Source: Longimicrobiales bacterium
Lineage (GTDB): Bacteria; Gemmatimonadota; Gemmatimonadetes; Longimicrobiales; Gaopeijiaceae
NCBI GenBank assembly: GCA_965238005.1
Contig: OZ250165.1
Location: 1,952,001 to 2,016,000 of the forward strand
Direction: 5' to 3'
Length of the DNA: 64,000 bases
The notes beneath the pieces are model-generated. The model saw nothing but the letters and a program-made list of their open reading frames with translations. It was not told where the DNA came from and did no database searches. Shown here piece by piece: positions 52,251 through 62,577 of this stretch. The number at the start of each line of letters is the position of its first letter. Position 1 is the first letter of the stretch. A program made the translations under genes and the position numbers.

Positions 52251-53363
52251 TCATTCCTCAGCTACCCGAGCTTCGAGGAATTGCTCCATGACGCGGACAG
52301 ACGCATCCCAGCTGAATCCCTCCGCAAACTCCCTGCCTCTCTCGCCCATCCGAGATCGAAGCTCCTCGCTTTCCAGGAGCTCTGCGATCCGGTCCGCCAG
52401 ACGGCCTACGTCTCCGTGGGGAACCAGGTACCCGGTCCGCCCGTCGACCACCGAATCGCTCAGTCCGGGCGAGTCGCTGGCCACTGTGGGCGTCCCACAG
52501 GCCGCGGCCTCCAGGTTCGCGATGCCCCACCCTTCCTTGGGTGAGGTCAGGACGTGGACCCAGCTCTGCCTGAGCAGCTCCACCTTCTTGGTCTCGGACA
52601 CGAATCCGAGGAACTCGACCCGATCTTCCAGAGCCAAGGTGGCCCGGAGCGCCTCGAGCCGGTCCCTGTGGTCCCCCTGCCCGGCGACGAGAAGTCGGCA
52701 CGGCACGCTGCGCTCCACAAGGGTCGCCACCGCCTCCATGACGAGGTCGACCCGCTTGTAGCGCTTCAGGCGCCCCAGGTACAGGAGTGTGGGCTCCTCG
52801 AAGCGATCCTCGGGATGGCCCGGTGTCAGCGTCTCCAGGTCGACCCCGTTCGGGATGATCTCCATGAGATCCCTATGCAGCCCCCGCCGCACCAGATCCT
52901 GGGCCGTGCTCTGCGAGACCACCGCCGTAGGGACGTCGCTGAAGACCCGTGGTATGGGCATCTCCAGCAGCCAGGTGGCCGCGGCAACAGGAAGCGACGC
53001 CTCGCGGAAGGCAGTGGTCCCGAAGAGGTGGTGCACCACGAGGACGACGGGGGCGTCGACCCACCACGGAGAGAAAAAGGGCACCTTGTTCAGGTCCTCG
53101 ACCACCACGTCGAACTCCCGGTCCCGCAGATTACGCCTGTAATACGCCGGCGCCGCGAGGGCGAGCGTGTGGCGGCCTCCGGTCCGGTGAACCTCGATCC
53201 CGGCGATATTGGTCGTGGTCGCGGCTCCCGGCCACGCGGAGCAGAGGAGTGTGACGGAATGTCCCCTCTCCACCAGCCTTCTGAAGATCTCCAGAAGGTG
53301 GACTTCCGCGCCGCCCGCCTGGGGATTCTCAGGATCGAGCCAGTTGAGAACGAGAACGTTCAC
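52251..53363 (-). CDS. GT4 glycosyltransferase
   Basis: NPQAGGAEVH, GRLKRYKRVD, EGWGIANLEA. Confidence 0.92.
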   Translation of the reverse strand: MNVLVLNWLDPENPQAGGAEVHLLEIFRRLVERGHSVTLLCSAWPGAATTTNIAGIEVHRTGGRHTLALAAPAYYRRNLRDREFDVVVEDLNKVPFFSPWWVDAPVVLVVHHLFGTTAFREASLPVAAATWLLEMPIPRVFSDVPTAVVSQSTAQDLVRRGLHRDLMEIIPNGVDLETLTPGHPEDRFEEPTLLYLGRLKRYKRVDLVMEAVATLVERSVPCRLLVAGQGDHRDRLEALRATLALEDRVEFLGFVSETKKVELLRQSWVHVLTSPKEGWGIANLEAAACGTPTVASDSPGLSDSVVDGRTGYLVPHGDVGRLADRIAELLESEELRSRMGERGREFAEGFSWDASVRVMEQFLEARVAEE

Positions 53364-53379
53364 GAGCCGAGGCCCCGAG

Positions 53380-53826
53380 TCAGCCGGCGGTTCGCTTGTA
53401 CAGGGCGTCGAGCACGCCGTTGACGAACCGCGGGGAGTCGGCACCGCCGTACCCCTCCGCCAGCCTCACCGCCTCCTGGATCGAAACCTTGGGTGGGACG
53501 TCGTCGAAGTGGGTGATCTCCACAGCGGCGATCCGGAGCACGGCTCGATCGAGGAAGGAGAGCCGGTCGATGCGCCAGTTGTCCAGAGCCTCACTGAGCA
53601 CCGCGTCGACTTCGGGTCCATGTTCGTCCAGCGCGGTCAGCAACCGCCGGATGTAGGGCAGACGAGTCGGCGCAATCCGGCGGGTAGCGACCGTGTCCTC
53701 CAACGTCTGGGCCAGTGTGCCGCTCTTGTCGCCGACCTCCCAACGGTAGTGGATCTGTAGCGCCCAGGCCCGAGCACGGGTCCTGTCGATTCGCCGGGGC
53801 GCGTCGTGGGTGACGGCCCGGCTCAC
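53380..53826 (-). CDS. nusB: Transcription antitermination factor NusB
   Basis: RARAWALQ, WRIDRL..DRAVLR, FVNGVLD. Confidence 0.95.
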   Translation of the reverse strand: MSRAVTHDAPRRIDRTRARAWALQIHYRWEVGDKSGTLAQTLEDTVATRRIAPTRLPYIRRLLTALDEHGPEVDAVLSEALDNWRIDRLSFLDRAVLRIAAVEITHFDDVPPKVSIQEAVRLAEGYGGADSPRFVNGVLDALYKRTAG

Positions 53827-54311
53827 TACTCCTCCAACCCGGCGTACAGGGCCACCATGTGAAGAGCGCTCAGGGCGACCTCACGTCCCTTGTCGTCCTC
53901 GTCCCTGGAGGCCCGTGCCCAGGCCTGCTCGTGCGTGTCCGTCGTGAGCACTCCGAAGAGGAGCGGCACGTCCAGGGTCCGCGCCACGGCTCCGAGCCCC
54001 TGGCTGGCCTCACCGGCCACGAAGTCGAAGTGGGCCGTCTCGCCCCGTATGACGCATCCCAGGGCGATGATGGCGTCGTGCCGGCCCAGGGAGGCCACCT
54101 TTCGGGCGGTTTGGGGGAGCTCCCAGGCGCCGGGCACCCAGTAGACGTCCACGTCGTCGGGGAGCACACCGATTTCGCTGAGGCCGGCCCGGCAGCCCTC
54201 CACCAGCTCCGTGCTGACGTCTCCGTTGAACCGGGCGGCGATTACGGCAATCCGCCGCCCCTCCGCCGGAGGCGGCTCGGGAAGGTGACTCCCGGATTCG
54301 GTGCTCCGCAT
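53826..54311 (-). CDS. ribH: Lumazine synthase
   Basis: ARFN, VPGAWELP, GCVIRGETAHF. Confidence 0.96.
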   Translation of the reverse strand: MRSTESGSHLPEPPPAEGRRIAVIAARFNGDVSTELVEGCRAGLSEIGVLPDDVDVYWVPGAWELPQTARKVASLGRHDAIIALGCVIRGETAHFDFVAGEASQGLGAVARTLDVPLLFGVLTTDTHEQAWARASRDEDDKGREVALSALHMVALYAGLEE

Positions 54312-54340
54312 GCTAGTTATCGGTCACTAAAGGATCCGCA

Positions 54341-55540
54341 TCACAGCAGGTGCCCCAGCTTGGAGCGCTTGGTGTCCAGGTACTCCTGGTTGTGCTCGCC
54401 GGGATTCACGTAGAGCGGCTCTCGGCCCGTGATCTCCAGGTTGTACCCCTCCAGCCCGACGATCTTGCGGGGGTTGTTGGTCAGCAGGCGGATCTTGTTG
54501 AGGCCCAGGTCCAAGAGGATCTGTGCGCCGATACCGTAATCTCGAAGGTCCGGCTTGAAGCCCAGCGCCCGGTTGGCCTCCACCGTGTCGTGGCCCTGAT
54601 CCTGTAGCTCATACGCCCGGATCTTGTTGTGGAGGCCGATCCCCCTCCCTTCCTGCTTGAGGTAGACGATGGCGCCGCGGCCGACCTCGGAGATCTGCCG
54701 CATGGCGGCCTCCAGCTGCTGGCCGCAGTCACACCGGACCGATCCGAACACGTCGCCCGTGAGGCACTCCGAGTGCATACGCACCAGGATGTCGTCCTTC
54801 CCCTCGATGTCGCCCTTCACCAGGGCGACGTGCTCCCGATCGTCGATGGGGCTCTGGTAAGCGATGATACGGAAGTCACCGAATTCGGTGGGCAGCTCCG
54901 CCTCCGCGACCCTCGTGACCAGGCGCTCCTTGGCCAGGCGATACGAGACGAGCTGGGCCACCGTGATGAACCTGAGGCCGTGCTCCTGTGCGTAGAGCTC
55001 GAGCTGGGGCCGACGGGCCATGGTCCCGTCTGGGTTGAGGATCTCGCAGATGACTCCCACAGGCGGAAGGCCCGCCATCCTGGCGAGATCGACGGCGGCT
55101 TCGGTCTGGCCGACCCGACGGAGGACGCCCCCGGGGCGGGCCTTCAGAGGGAATATATGGCCCGGACGTCTCAGGTCTCCGGGACGCGCGTTCGGATCCA
55201 CCAGGACCTGGATGGTCTTGGCCCGATCATGGGCGCTGATGCCGGTGGTCACCCCGAAGCGCTGGTGAGCGTCCACGGAGATCGTGAAGGCGGTCGCCTG
55301 GGGATCGCTGTTCTCGTCGGTCATGAGGGGGAGGCCCAGCTCCTCCGCCCGCGGCGGAGTGAGGGCCACGCAGATCAGGCCCCGCCCGAACTGCGTCATG
55401 AAATTCACCGTCTGGGGCGAAATCAGGGATGCCGCGCAAACCAGGTCTCCCTCGTTTTCGCGGTCCTCGTCGTCGGCGACGATGATGAGCTTGCCCTGTC
55501 GGATGTCCTCCAGGGCCGCTTCGACGCGATCGAACGGCAT
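54341..55540 (-). CDS. ribBA: Bifunctional DHBP synthase / GTP cyclohydrolase II
   Basis: DDEDRENEGD, HSECLTGD..RCDC, QEGRGIG. Confidence 0.97.
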   Translation of the reverse strand: MPFDRVEAALEDIRQGKLIIVADDEDRENEGDLVCAASLISPQTVNFMTQFGRGLICVALTPPRAEELGLPLMTDENSDPQATAFTISVDAHQRFGVTTGISAHDRAKTIQVLVDPNARPGDLRRPGHIFPLKARPGGVLRRVGQTEAAVDLARMAGLPPVGVICEILNPDGTMARRPQLELYAQEHGLRFITVAQLVSYRLAKERLVTRVAEAELPTEFGDFRIIAYQSPIDDREHVALVKGDIEGKDDILVRMHSECLTGDVFGSVRCDCGQQLEAAMRQISEVGRGAIVYLKQEGRGIGLHNKIRAYELQDQGHDTVEANRALGFKPDLRDYGIGAQILLDLGLNKIRLLTNNPRKIVGLEGYNLEITGREPLYVNPGEHNQEYLDTKRSKLGHLL

Positions 55541-55632
55541 CCCAGGCACTCCTCCTTCACGTTGAAACCGCTGGCGACCGATCCGCTATCCATCCAGAGA
55601 AAGCGGCGCGCCAGCACACAGGAAGTATAGTG

Positions 55633-56232
55633 CTACTCGGCGTGTGGGAGCATCCTGCGCACGTATTTTCCGATCATGTCACCCTCGACGTTTACCGGGT
55701 CGCCGAGATCGAGTCCACCGAGGTTGGTGTGCTCCCAGGTGAACGAAATGACGCCCACTTGGCAGACGTGACCGTCGAGAAGAGCGTTCACGGTAAGGCT
55801 CACGCCGTTGATGGCGATGGATCCGTGGAGGATCGTCTGGGCCGCGACCTCGGGCGGAACACGGAAGTCGAGCAGCCGGTACTCCCCTTCCTCGGAGACG
55901 CCGACCAGCTCCCCCACGCCGTCCACGTGACCCTGTACCAGGTGCCCATCCAAACGCCCACCCATGGCGAGTGATCGCTCGAGATTGACCGCGTTGCCCT
56001 CCCGGTAGCTCCCCGACACGGTACGGGACAGGGTCGTACCGATGCTGTGGGCCGTGAACCCGTCCTCCAAAACGGAGACCGCCGTGTGGCAGGCCCCATC
56101 CAGGGAGATGGAAGCGCCGGGAGCCAGATCGTCGAGGATCGCCCTCGCCTCGATGCGGATCTCCCGGGCACCGTCAAGCTCCCGGATGGATCGGACCACA
56201 CCGACTTCTTCGACGATCCCGCTGAACATCAT
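55633..56232 (-). CDS. ribE: Riboflavin synthase alpha chain
   Basis: MFSGIVEE, VNLERS, GHLVQGHVD. Confidence 0.96.
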   Translation of the reverse strand: MMFSGIVEEVGVVRSIRELDGAREIRIEARAILDDLAPGASISLDGACHTAVSVLEDGFTAHSIGTTLSRTVSGSYREGNAVNLERSLAMGGRLDGHLVQGHVDGVGELVGVSEEGEYRLLDFRVPPEVAAQTILHGSIAINGVSLTVNALLDGHVCQVGVISFTWEHTNLGGLDLGDPVNVEGDMIGKYVRRMLPHAE

Positions 56233-57356
56233 GCCTCTCGATCGTACGTGAGAAGGACGTCCGCTCCCAGGCGACGCGGCTCGCCCACAACCCGCCAGCC
56301 CGGCCCATCGGGTGTGCCCGTCGCATCCGGGAATGCCGGGACACCCTGATCTCCGAACGATACGGGTGCTTCGAAAAGGTAAAGCCGCTGCACGAGTCCT
56401 TCACGTATCAAAGCGCTTGCCAGCTTCCCTCCGCCCTCACAGAGAATCGAAGTGAGCCCCAGCTCCCAGCACGAGACCAGGGCTCGCTCCAGGTGGACGC
56501 GCCCACCGTCTTCGGGGACGACTTCCACCCGGGCCCCCGCCCCTTCCAGCTCCCGAATCCGATCCGGCGGAGCCGACGGCGTGACCAGAATCAGGACCGG
56601 CGCCTCAGTGACGGTCCGCAGGAGCTGGGCCTCGGGCGAGATCCGACATCTGGAGTCTACGACGACACGGGTGGGTGTCACTCGCGGCTCGACCCCGTGA
56701 CGAACGGTGAGGAGGGGGTCGTCCACGCAGGCGGTCTCCGCACCGACCAGGATGGCGTCGAACCCACTCCTGAGGTGATGCACCTCCCGGTTCGCCTCCG
56801 CTCCCGTCAGGGCGGTCCGTTCGCCGATTCCGCCGGCGATCCGTCCATCTCGGCTCACGGCCAGCTTCACGGCGAGATAGGTCCGGCCGCGATCCGTCGT
56901 GTGGAAGAACGCCGGATCCACGTCGCGGCCCAGGGCAGGATCGGACGAGGGGCCCGAGACCTCCACGCCGACGTTGGACAGGCGGCGACGGCCCCCGGCC
57001 GCCTCTGCACCCGGGTCGGCGGCGCCGAACACCACACGGCTCACTCCGGCGTCCAAGAGGGCGTCGGTACAGGGCGGCGTCTTTCCGTAGTGGTTACACG
57101 GCTCTAGGGTCACGTAGGCGGTGGCGTCCCGTGCGCCCTCCCCCGCCACCCTCAGTGCGTTCACCTCGGCGTGAGGCCCTCCGAACTCTTCATGCCAGCC
57201 CTCACCGACGATCACCCCATCCTTGACCAGAACGCACCCGACCATGGGGTTCGGGCGCACACGACCCCAGCCCCTCCTCGCCAGTGTGGCAGCTCGGGCC
57301 AGCCACTCCCGCTCCGGATCGACGGGAGACGCGCTCGGTTCGGCGGCGTCCGTCAT
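56229..57356 (-). CDS. ribD: Riboflavin deaminase/reductase
   Basis: PNPMVG, HAE, TLEPCNH..PC, EGGG. Confidence 0.96.
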   Translation of the reverse strand: MTDAAEPSASPVDPEREWLARAATLARRGWGRVRPNPMVGCVLVKDGVIVGEGWHEEFGGPHAEVNALRVAGEGARDATAYVTLEPCNHYGKTPPCTDALLDAGVSRVVFGAADPGAEAAGGRRRLSNVGVEVSGPSSDPALGRDVDPAFFHTTDRGRTYLAVKLAVSRDGRIAGGIGERTALTGAEANREVHHLRSGFDAILVGAETACVDDPLLTVRHGVEPRVTPTRVVVDSRCRISPEAQLLRTVTEAPVLILVTPSAPPDRIRELEGAGARVEVVPEDGGRVHLERALVSCWELGLTSILCEGGGKLASALIREGLVQRLYLFEAPVSFGDQGVPAFPDATGTPDGPGWRVVGEPRRLGADVLLTYDREA

Positions 57357-57389
57357 CGGGTCGCGTCCTTCATCGAGTCGGGCCGGTCG

Positions 57390-58367
57390 TCAGATGGTGA
57401 GCCTGAACGCCAGGTTCACGAATGTGGTGATGCTGCCCGGGTCGTACTCGCCCTGGTAGCCGGTCAGATCATCGAATCCGCCAGCCCAGCCCGCCTCCAG
57501 AGAAAGCTGGAAGATGAGGCGCGTCAGCGACGCCCCCACGTAGTACACCGTACGGCGTGTAGTCAGGTCCTGGGCCACGACGATCCCTTGCCCTCCGGGT
57601 ACTCCCGGATCGGCCACCCGAACGCCGAAGTCACCCTTCTGCCAGTCGAACCCGGCCCCCACCAGAAAAGCGAGGGCGACCAGGTCCTTGCCGATGGTCA
57701 CCCGCACCGACGTGGCGGCGATGTCCGTGTCCAACTGAGCGCCGGTCTCCGTCACCCCACCCCAGCTCAGATCTTCACCGAAGTGCTGCACGAGCGAGAC
57801 GGTAACCCCCGGCATGGTGAACGACTCACGGAGCAGGCCCAACCGGCCGCCGACCGAGATCGACCCCTCGTTCTCGGTGAAGCCGTCGTCCTCCGGAAGG
57901 AACAAGAGGTTCAACGATGCCAGCACATCCAGAGAGAGGAAACCTCCCACAGTGGGCAGGACCGAGAACCCGTCCAGGACGCCCGCCGCCACGGTGGCCT
58001 TCATGCCATACGCCACCACGGTCGTCTTGCCCGGCCGGGCTGCCCCGTCCCCCAGGATGTCGGGGATGTCGAACACGGCCACCTTGAGGCGTGCTGCCAC
58101 GCTGACGCGGGGGGTCCGTCCTAACCGTCGCCCCAGCGTGCTGGACGTTCCCCCGAGCTCGACCCCCATGGCGTCGGCGACGGAGATCCCCCCTCGGATG
58201 GCTTGCGCGGCCAGAATGGTGCTCTGGCACGGTGCCACCAGCGCTGCGGACCCGGCGGCGGCGCACGATGCCACGATCCCACTAAGGTTCTGGGCGGCGG
58301 CCGGTACGCTCGAGCCCAACAGGCCCGCAGCCAACCCGAGGAGCCACCGACCCGAGGTCCGCTTCAC
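57390..58367 (-). CDS. Secreted hypothetical protein, probable outer-membrane beta-barrel
   Basis: Signal peptide ..VPAAAQ, amphipathic strands, C-terminal FRLTI. Confidence 0.7.
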   Translation of the reverse strand: MKRTSGRWLLGLAAGLLGSSVPAAAQNLSGIVASCAAAGSAALVAPCQSTILAAQAIRGGISVADAMGVELGGTSSTLGRRLGRTPRVSVAARLKVAVFDIPDILGDGAARPGKTTVVAYGMKATVAAGVLDGFSVLPTVGGFLSLDVLASLNLLFLPEDDGFTENEGSISVGGRLGLLRESFTMPGVTVSLVQHFGEDLSWGGVTETGAQLDTDIAATSVRVTIGKDLVALAFLVGAGFDWQKGDFGVRVADPGVPGGQGIVVAQDLTTRRTVYYVGASLTRLIFQLSLEAGWAGGFDDLTGYQGEYDPGSITTFVNLAFRLTI

Positions 58368-59398
58368 GCCCACCGTACGCCCTCCCCCTCCTCCACCTCG
58401 CCCATGACCCACGGTGACCATCCTCCCGCTCGCAGGGTGGAGAGCACGCCGTCGGCATCCCCCGGCGAGGTCACGACGATCATGCCGACTCCCATGTTGA
58501 ACACCCGGAGCATCTCGTCCCGCTCGACCTTGCCGGCCTCTTGCAGGACCCGGAACACGTCGGGTGCCTCCCAGGAAGAGAGATCCACTCGGGCGCCGAG
58601 CTCCGTGCCCAGGACGCGCGGGACGTTGCCGGGGATCCCCCCACCCGTGATGTGGGCCAGGCCCCGTATCGTGCCGGTCTCCAGGATGGGCCACAGGGGA
58701 GCCAGGTAGCTCCGGTGGACGTCCAGCAGCACCTCGCCGACGCTCCGCTCCGACCCGGGGAATCTGTCGTCCACTGTGAGGCCCATGGCGTCGAAGATGA
58801 CCTTTCGGGCCAGCGTGTACCCGTTGGTGTGGAGGCCCGAGGACTCCAGTCCGATGAGGACGTCGCCCGCCCGCACCCGGGATCCGTCGAGGATCCTGTC
58901 CCGCCCCACGATCCCCACGATGAAGCCCGCCAGGTCGTACTCGTCGGCGGCGTAGAAGTCGGGCATCTGGGCCGTCTCGCCCCCCAGCAGTGCACACCCG
59001 TTCTCCTTGCACGCCTGGGCCACCCCGGCGACCACGTCGGAGACCACCACCTCGTCCATAGCCCCCGAGGCGAGATAGTCCAGGAAGAAGAGGGGCCGGG
59101 CGCCCTGGACCAGGACGTCGTTCACGCAGTGGTTGACCAGGTCCTGCCCCACGGTGTCGTGGCGACCGGCCAGGAAGGCCACCTTCAGCTTGGTCCCCAC
59201 CCCGTCGGCGCTGGAGACCAGGACCGGGCTCTCCACGTCCCCGGGCACCGAGTACAGGCCACCGAACAGTCCCAGCTCGGAGAGGGTGTTCTCGTCACGA
59301 GTGGACGCCACAAGGGACTTGAGTCGCTCCTTGGCCCGCTCGGCGGCGTCGAGGTCGACCCCCGCCGTGCGGTAGTCCAATCCGGTGCTCTCAGACAT
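58364..59398 (-). CDS. purM: Phosphoribosylaminoimidazole synthetase
   Basis: DGVGTK, GGETAQMP, GLHTNGY, AHITGGG. Confidence 0.97.
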   Translation of the reverse strand: MSESTGLDYRTAGVDLDAAERAKERLKSLVASTRDENTLSELGLFGGLYSVPGDVESPVLVSSADGVGTKLKVAFLAGRHDTVGQDLVNHCVNDVLVQGARPLFFLDYLASGAMDEVVVSDVVAGVAQACKENGCALLGGETAQMPDFYAADEYDLAGFIVGIVGRDRILDGSRVRAGDVLIGLESSGLHTNGYTLARKVIFDAMGLTVDDRFPGSERSVGEVLLDVHRSYLAPLWPILETGTIRGLAHITGGGIPGNVPRVLGTELGARVDLSSWEAPDVFRVLQEAGKVERDEMLRVFNMGVGMIVVTSPGDADGVLSTLRAGGWSPWVMGEVEEGEGVRWA

Positions 59399-60317
59399 GA
59401 GGCTCAGCCAGCTGATGCTCGAATGCCGTCATTTCCTTGAATTCCAGGATCCGTCTCAGGATCTCCCCGTTCTGGAGCGTCTGGAGGCGCTCGACGCTGA
59501 AGCTCTCGACGGCGAAGGAGCCCATGGCCGACCCGTACACCATTGCCCGCCGATAGGCGTCCGCCGTGAGGGATCGGATGGACGCCAGGTATCCCAGGAA
59601 GCCCCCGGCGAAAGCGTCACCGGCTCCCGTGGGATCGAAGACGACCTCCAAGGGAAAGCCCGGCACGAAGAACACCCACTCGGGCCCGTAAAGGATGGCC
59701 CCGTGCTCTCCCTTCTTCACCACTACGAGCTCAGGGCCCCTTTCCTGGATCCAGCGGGCGGCACGGAGAAGGTTGTGGTCGTCGGCGAGCTCCCGGGCCT
59801 CGGCGTCGTTCACCATGAGGATGTCGACGCGCTTCAGGAGCTCGAGCAGCGCCCCGCGGCTCCCCTCGATCCAGTAGTTCATCGTGTCGCAGGCGACGAC
59901 CTCGGGCGAGCGGACCTGATCGAGAACGTCGAGCTGTAGCACCGGATCGATGTTGCCCAGGAAAACGAACCGGGAATCCTTGAACTCATCCGGGATGCGC
60001 GGCTTGAACTCCGCGAACACGCCGAGGCGTGTTTCCAGAGTGTCCCTGGAGTTGAGGTCGTAGGAGTATCGTCCCGCCCAGAAGAAGCTCTCACCCGGAG
60101 CACGCTCGATGCCCGCCAGGTCCACGTCCCGCTCGACGAGAAAATCCAACTTCTCCAGGGGATAGTCCTCGCCCACCACACCCACGACTCGAACCGGACA
60201 AAACAGGCTGGCTGCCGAGCTGAAGAAGACCGCCGAACCCCCGAGTACACGCTTGGCGGTGCCGAAGGGCGTCTCGACGGAGTCGAGAGCCACGCTTCCT
60301 ACCACGAGAATCGACAT
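59391..60317 (-). CDS. PfkB family sugar kinase
   Basis: VGSVALD, DPTGAGDAFAGG. Confidence 0.93.
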   Translation of the reverse strand: MSILVVGSVALDSVETPFGTAKRVLGGSAVFFSSAASLFCPVRVVGVVGEDYPLEKLDFLVERDVDLAGIERAPGESFFWAGRYSYDLNSRDTLETRLGVFAEFKPRIPDEFKDSRFVFLGNIDPVLQLDVLDQVRSPEVVACDTMNYWIEGSRGALLELLKRVDILMVNDAEARELADDHNLLRAARWIQERGPELVVVKKGEHGAILYGPEWVFFVPGFPLEVVFDPTGAGDAFAGGFLGYLASIRSLTADAYRRAMVYGSAMGSFAVESFSVERLQTLQNGEILRRILEFKEMTAFEHQLAEPHV

Positions 60318-62020
60318 CAGCCCTCGGAGCTCGAGGTGGCATCCTCCTCCCGAACCATGCGCTCGGGCGCGAGGATGCCGAGGATCGACAGCCCATTCCG
60401 TAGCACGATCTGAATCGCGCGAGCCAGGGCGAGGCGGGCTCTCCGCAGATCCGGATCGTCGACCAGTACGGCCAGCTCCGGACTGCGGCTCGGATTCCCT
60501 GCATGATACCAAGAATTGACGGCTCCCGCCGTCTGCTCCAGGTAGTCACAGATGAGGTGCGGGGCCCGGAGCTGCGCGGCACGCCGCACCAGCTCGGGGA
60601 ACTGGCCGAGCTGCTTGATGAGCTCACGCTCGGCTGCGGTTTCCAGAACCGAGAGGTCGACGCCCTCGGCCACGACGGTGTCGCGCTCGACGCCCGCCTT
60701 CCTGAAGATGCTGCACATGCGGGCGTGGGCGTACTGGACCTTGCAGACGGGGTTCTTGTCCGACTGGTCCAGGGCCAGGTTCAGGTCGAACACCAGATGC
60801 CCGTCGGGCTTCCGCATCTGGAAGAAGTACCGGGTCACGTCCACGCCCACCTGTGTCATGAGATCCCGCAGCGTTGTGTAGGAGCCTGAGCGCTTCGAGA
60901 ACTTCACCTCCTGGCCGTCCCGCTCCACCCGGACCATCTGGTGCAAGACGTACTCGGGGTACCCCGTGGGCAAGCCGAGGGCCTGCACGCCCGCGTGCAC
61001 CCGTGCCACCGTCCCGTGGTGGTCCGCCCCCTGGACGTTTATGACGTGGTGGAAGCCGCGCTCCCACTTGTCCATGTGGTACGCCACGTCGGGCAGGAAG
61101 TAGGTGGGTGACCCGTCGCTCTTGATCATCACCCGGTCCTTCTGATCTCCGAAGTCCGTGGTCCGGAGCCAGACCGCGTCGTCCCGATCGTAAACGTGGC
61201 CCGTCTTCCGGAGCGCCTTGACCGTGGACTCCACGCGTTCGTCCTCGTAGAGGGACGACTCGAGGAAATACACGTCGAAGTGGATGCGGAAGTCAGCCAG
61301 GTCCCTGTCCTGCTCCCCCCGGAGGACCCGAACGGCGGCGCCCCGCATGAGGGCCAGGGTCTCGGCGCCGTCGTCCCCCCGGAAACGGTCGCCGTGCTCT
61401 CTGGCGAGCTCCTCGGCGATCTCGGCGACGTAGTCACCCTGATATCCGCCCTCGGGGATCTCGGCGTCCTCGCCGAAGTGTTGCTGGTAACGAGCCCAAA
61501 CGCTCTCGGCGAGACGGTCGATCTGGACGCCGGCGTCGTTGTAGTAGTACTCGCGCCCAACCGACCAGCCGGTCCACTCGAGGAGTCCCGCGATGGCGTC
61601 TCCCAAAGCGCCCTGGCGCCCATGGCCCAGATGGAGAGGGCCCGTGGGGTTTGCCGAGACGAACTCCACCATGAACGGCCGACCCTCACCGTCGTCGGAA
61701 CGCCCATACCTGTCGTCCTTCGCAAGAATCTCCATCAACCCCGCCGCCACCTGCTCAGCGCTCAGCCTGAAGTTCAGGAACCCCGGTCCGGCGACCTCGA
61801 CGGCCTGGATGCCGGCCGTGCCTACCTCAATACGGGACGCGATCTCCTCGGCGATGGCGCGGGGCGGCTTGCGCAGGGTCGAGGCGAGGGTAAGCGCCAC
61901 GTTGGTGGCGAGATCACCGTGGCTCGGGTCCTTGGGCTGCTCCAGGCGCACGGCCGCGTCGCTCACCCCCATCTCCTCGAGAACGTCCTCGAGTGCTTTT
62001 CGGATGGCTTCCTGGGACAT
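60317..62020 (-). CDS. argS: Arginine--tRNA ligase
   Basis: EFVSANPTGPLHLGH, GADHHG, FSKRSG, QYAHAR. Confidence 0.97.
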   Translation of the reverse strand: MSQEAIRKALEDVLEEMGVSDAAVRLEQPKDPSHGDLATNVALTLASTLRKPPRAIAEEIASRIEVGTAGIQAVEVAGPGFLNFRLSAEQVAAGLMEILAKDDRYGRSDDGEGRPFMVEFVSANPTGPLHLGHGRQGALGDAIAGLLEWTGWSVGREYYYNDAGVQIDRLAESVWARYQQHFGEDAEIPEGGYQGDYVAEIAEELAREHGDRFRGDDGAETLALMRGAAVRVLRGEQDRDLADFRIHFDVYFLESSLYEDERVESTVKALRKTGHVYDRDDAVWLRTTDFGDQKDRVMIKSDGSPTYFLPDVAYHMDKWERGFHHVINVQGADHHGTVARVHAGVQALGLPTGYPEYVLHQMVRVERDGQEVKFSKRSGSYTTLRDLMTQVGVDVTRYFFQMRKPDGHLVFDLNLALDQSDKNPVCKVQYAHARMCSIFRKAGVERDTVVAEGVDLSVLETAAERELIKQLGQFPELVRRAAQLRAPHLICDYLEQTAGAVNSWYHAGNPSRSPELAVLVDDPDLRRARLALARAIQIVLRNGLSILGILAPERMVREEDATSSSEG

Positions 62021-62037
62021 GTCGTCTGATCTACCCC

Positions 62038-62577
62038 ACTTCTTCAACAGGCCTCTAGTCCCGTTACCAAAGTGTCTCGGCCAGTCAGTCGTCGGAGGAT
62101 GAGGACGTGGCGGACCCTGAGGACGGGGAGGACTCCTTGGAGGAGGAGCGGGAGGCGGAAGGCACCTTCGAAGGCGAGGAAGAATCATCCTTGGACGCGC
62201 CGGATCCCTTGTCGCTCGAAGCAGTGCTCTCCTTCTCCGAGGAGGCGGCTTTCTTGTAGGCGTCACTCCGGTGGTCGGTGATATAGAACCCCTCACCCTT
62301 GAAGATCAGACCCGCCCCGCCCGAGAGAAGGCGCTCGGATACTTCGCCACACTCGGGGCACTCGGCGGAGGGCTCCTCGGACATGCTCTGGAAAAGCTCG
62401 AACTCATGCCCTGTGGGGCACCGGTATTCGTACGTCGGCATCAGCAGGTCTTAATCTGGTTTCGCGATCGATGCGCGGTCGTTGCGCTATCACACAACAG
62501 CCGCCAAAAGTAACGGGTTGGCGGGGTGTGACCAGTGCCGAGGCGGCCGCAGCCCTACTTCTTCAACAGGCCTCTAG
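62038..62577. repeat. 21-bp direct repeats (62038-62058, 62557-62577) flanking the FmdB-like gene, plus a MITE arm at 62055-62086
   Basis: ACTTCTTCAACAGGCCTCTAG occurs twice, identical. Confidence 0.85.
62085..62441 (-). CDS. FmdB-family zinc ribbon protein
   Basis: MPTYEYRC..CPECG..FKGEGFYITD, Ser-rich tail. Confidence 0.92.
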   Translation of the reverse strand: MPTYEYRCPTGHEFELFQSMSEEPSAECPECGEVSERLLSGGAGLIFKGEGFYITDHRSDAYKKAASSEKESTASSDKGSGASKDDSSSPSKVPSASRSSSKESSPSSGSATSSSSDD

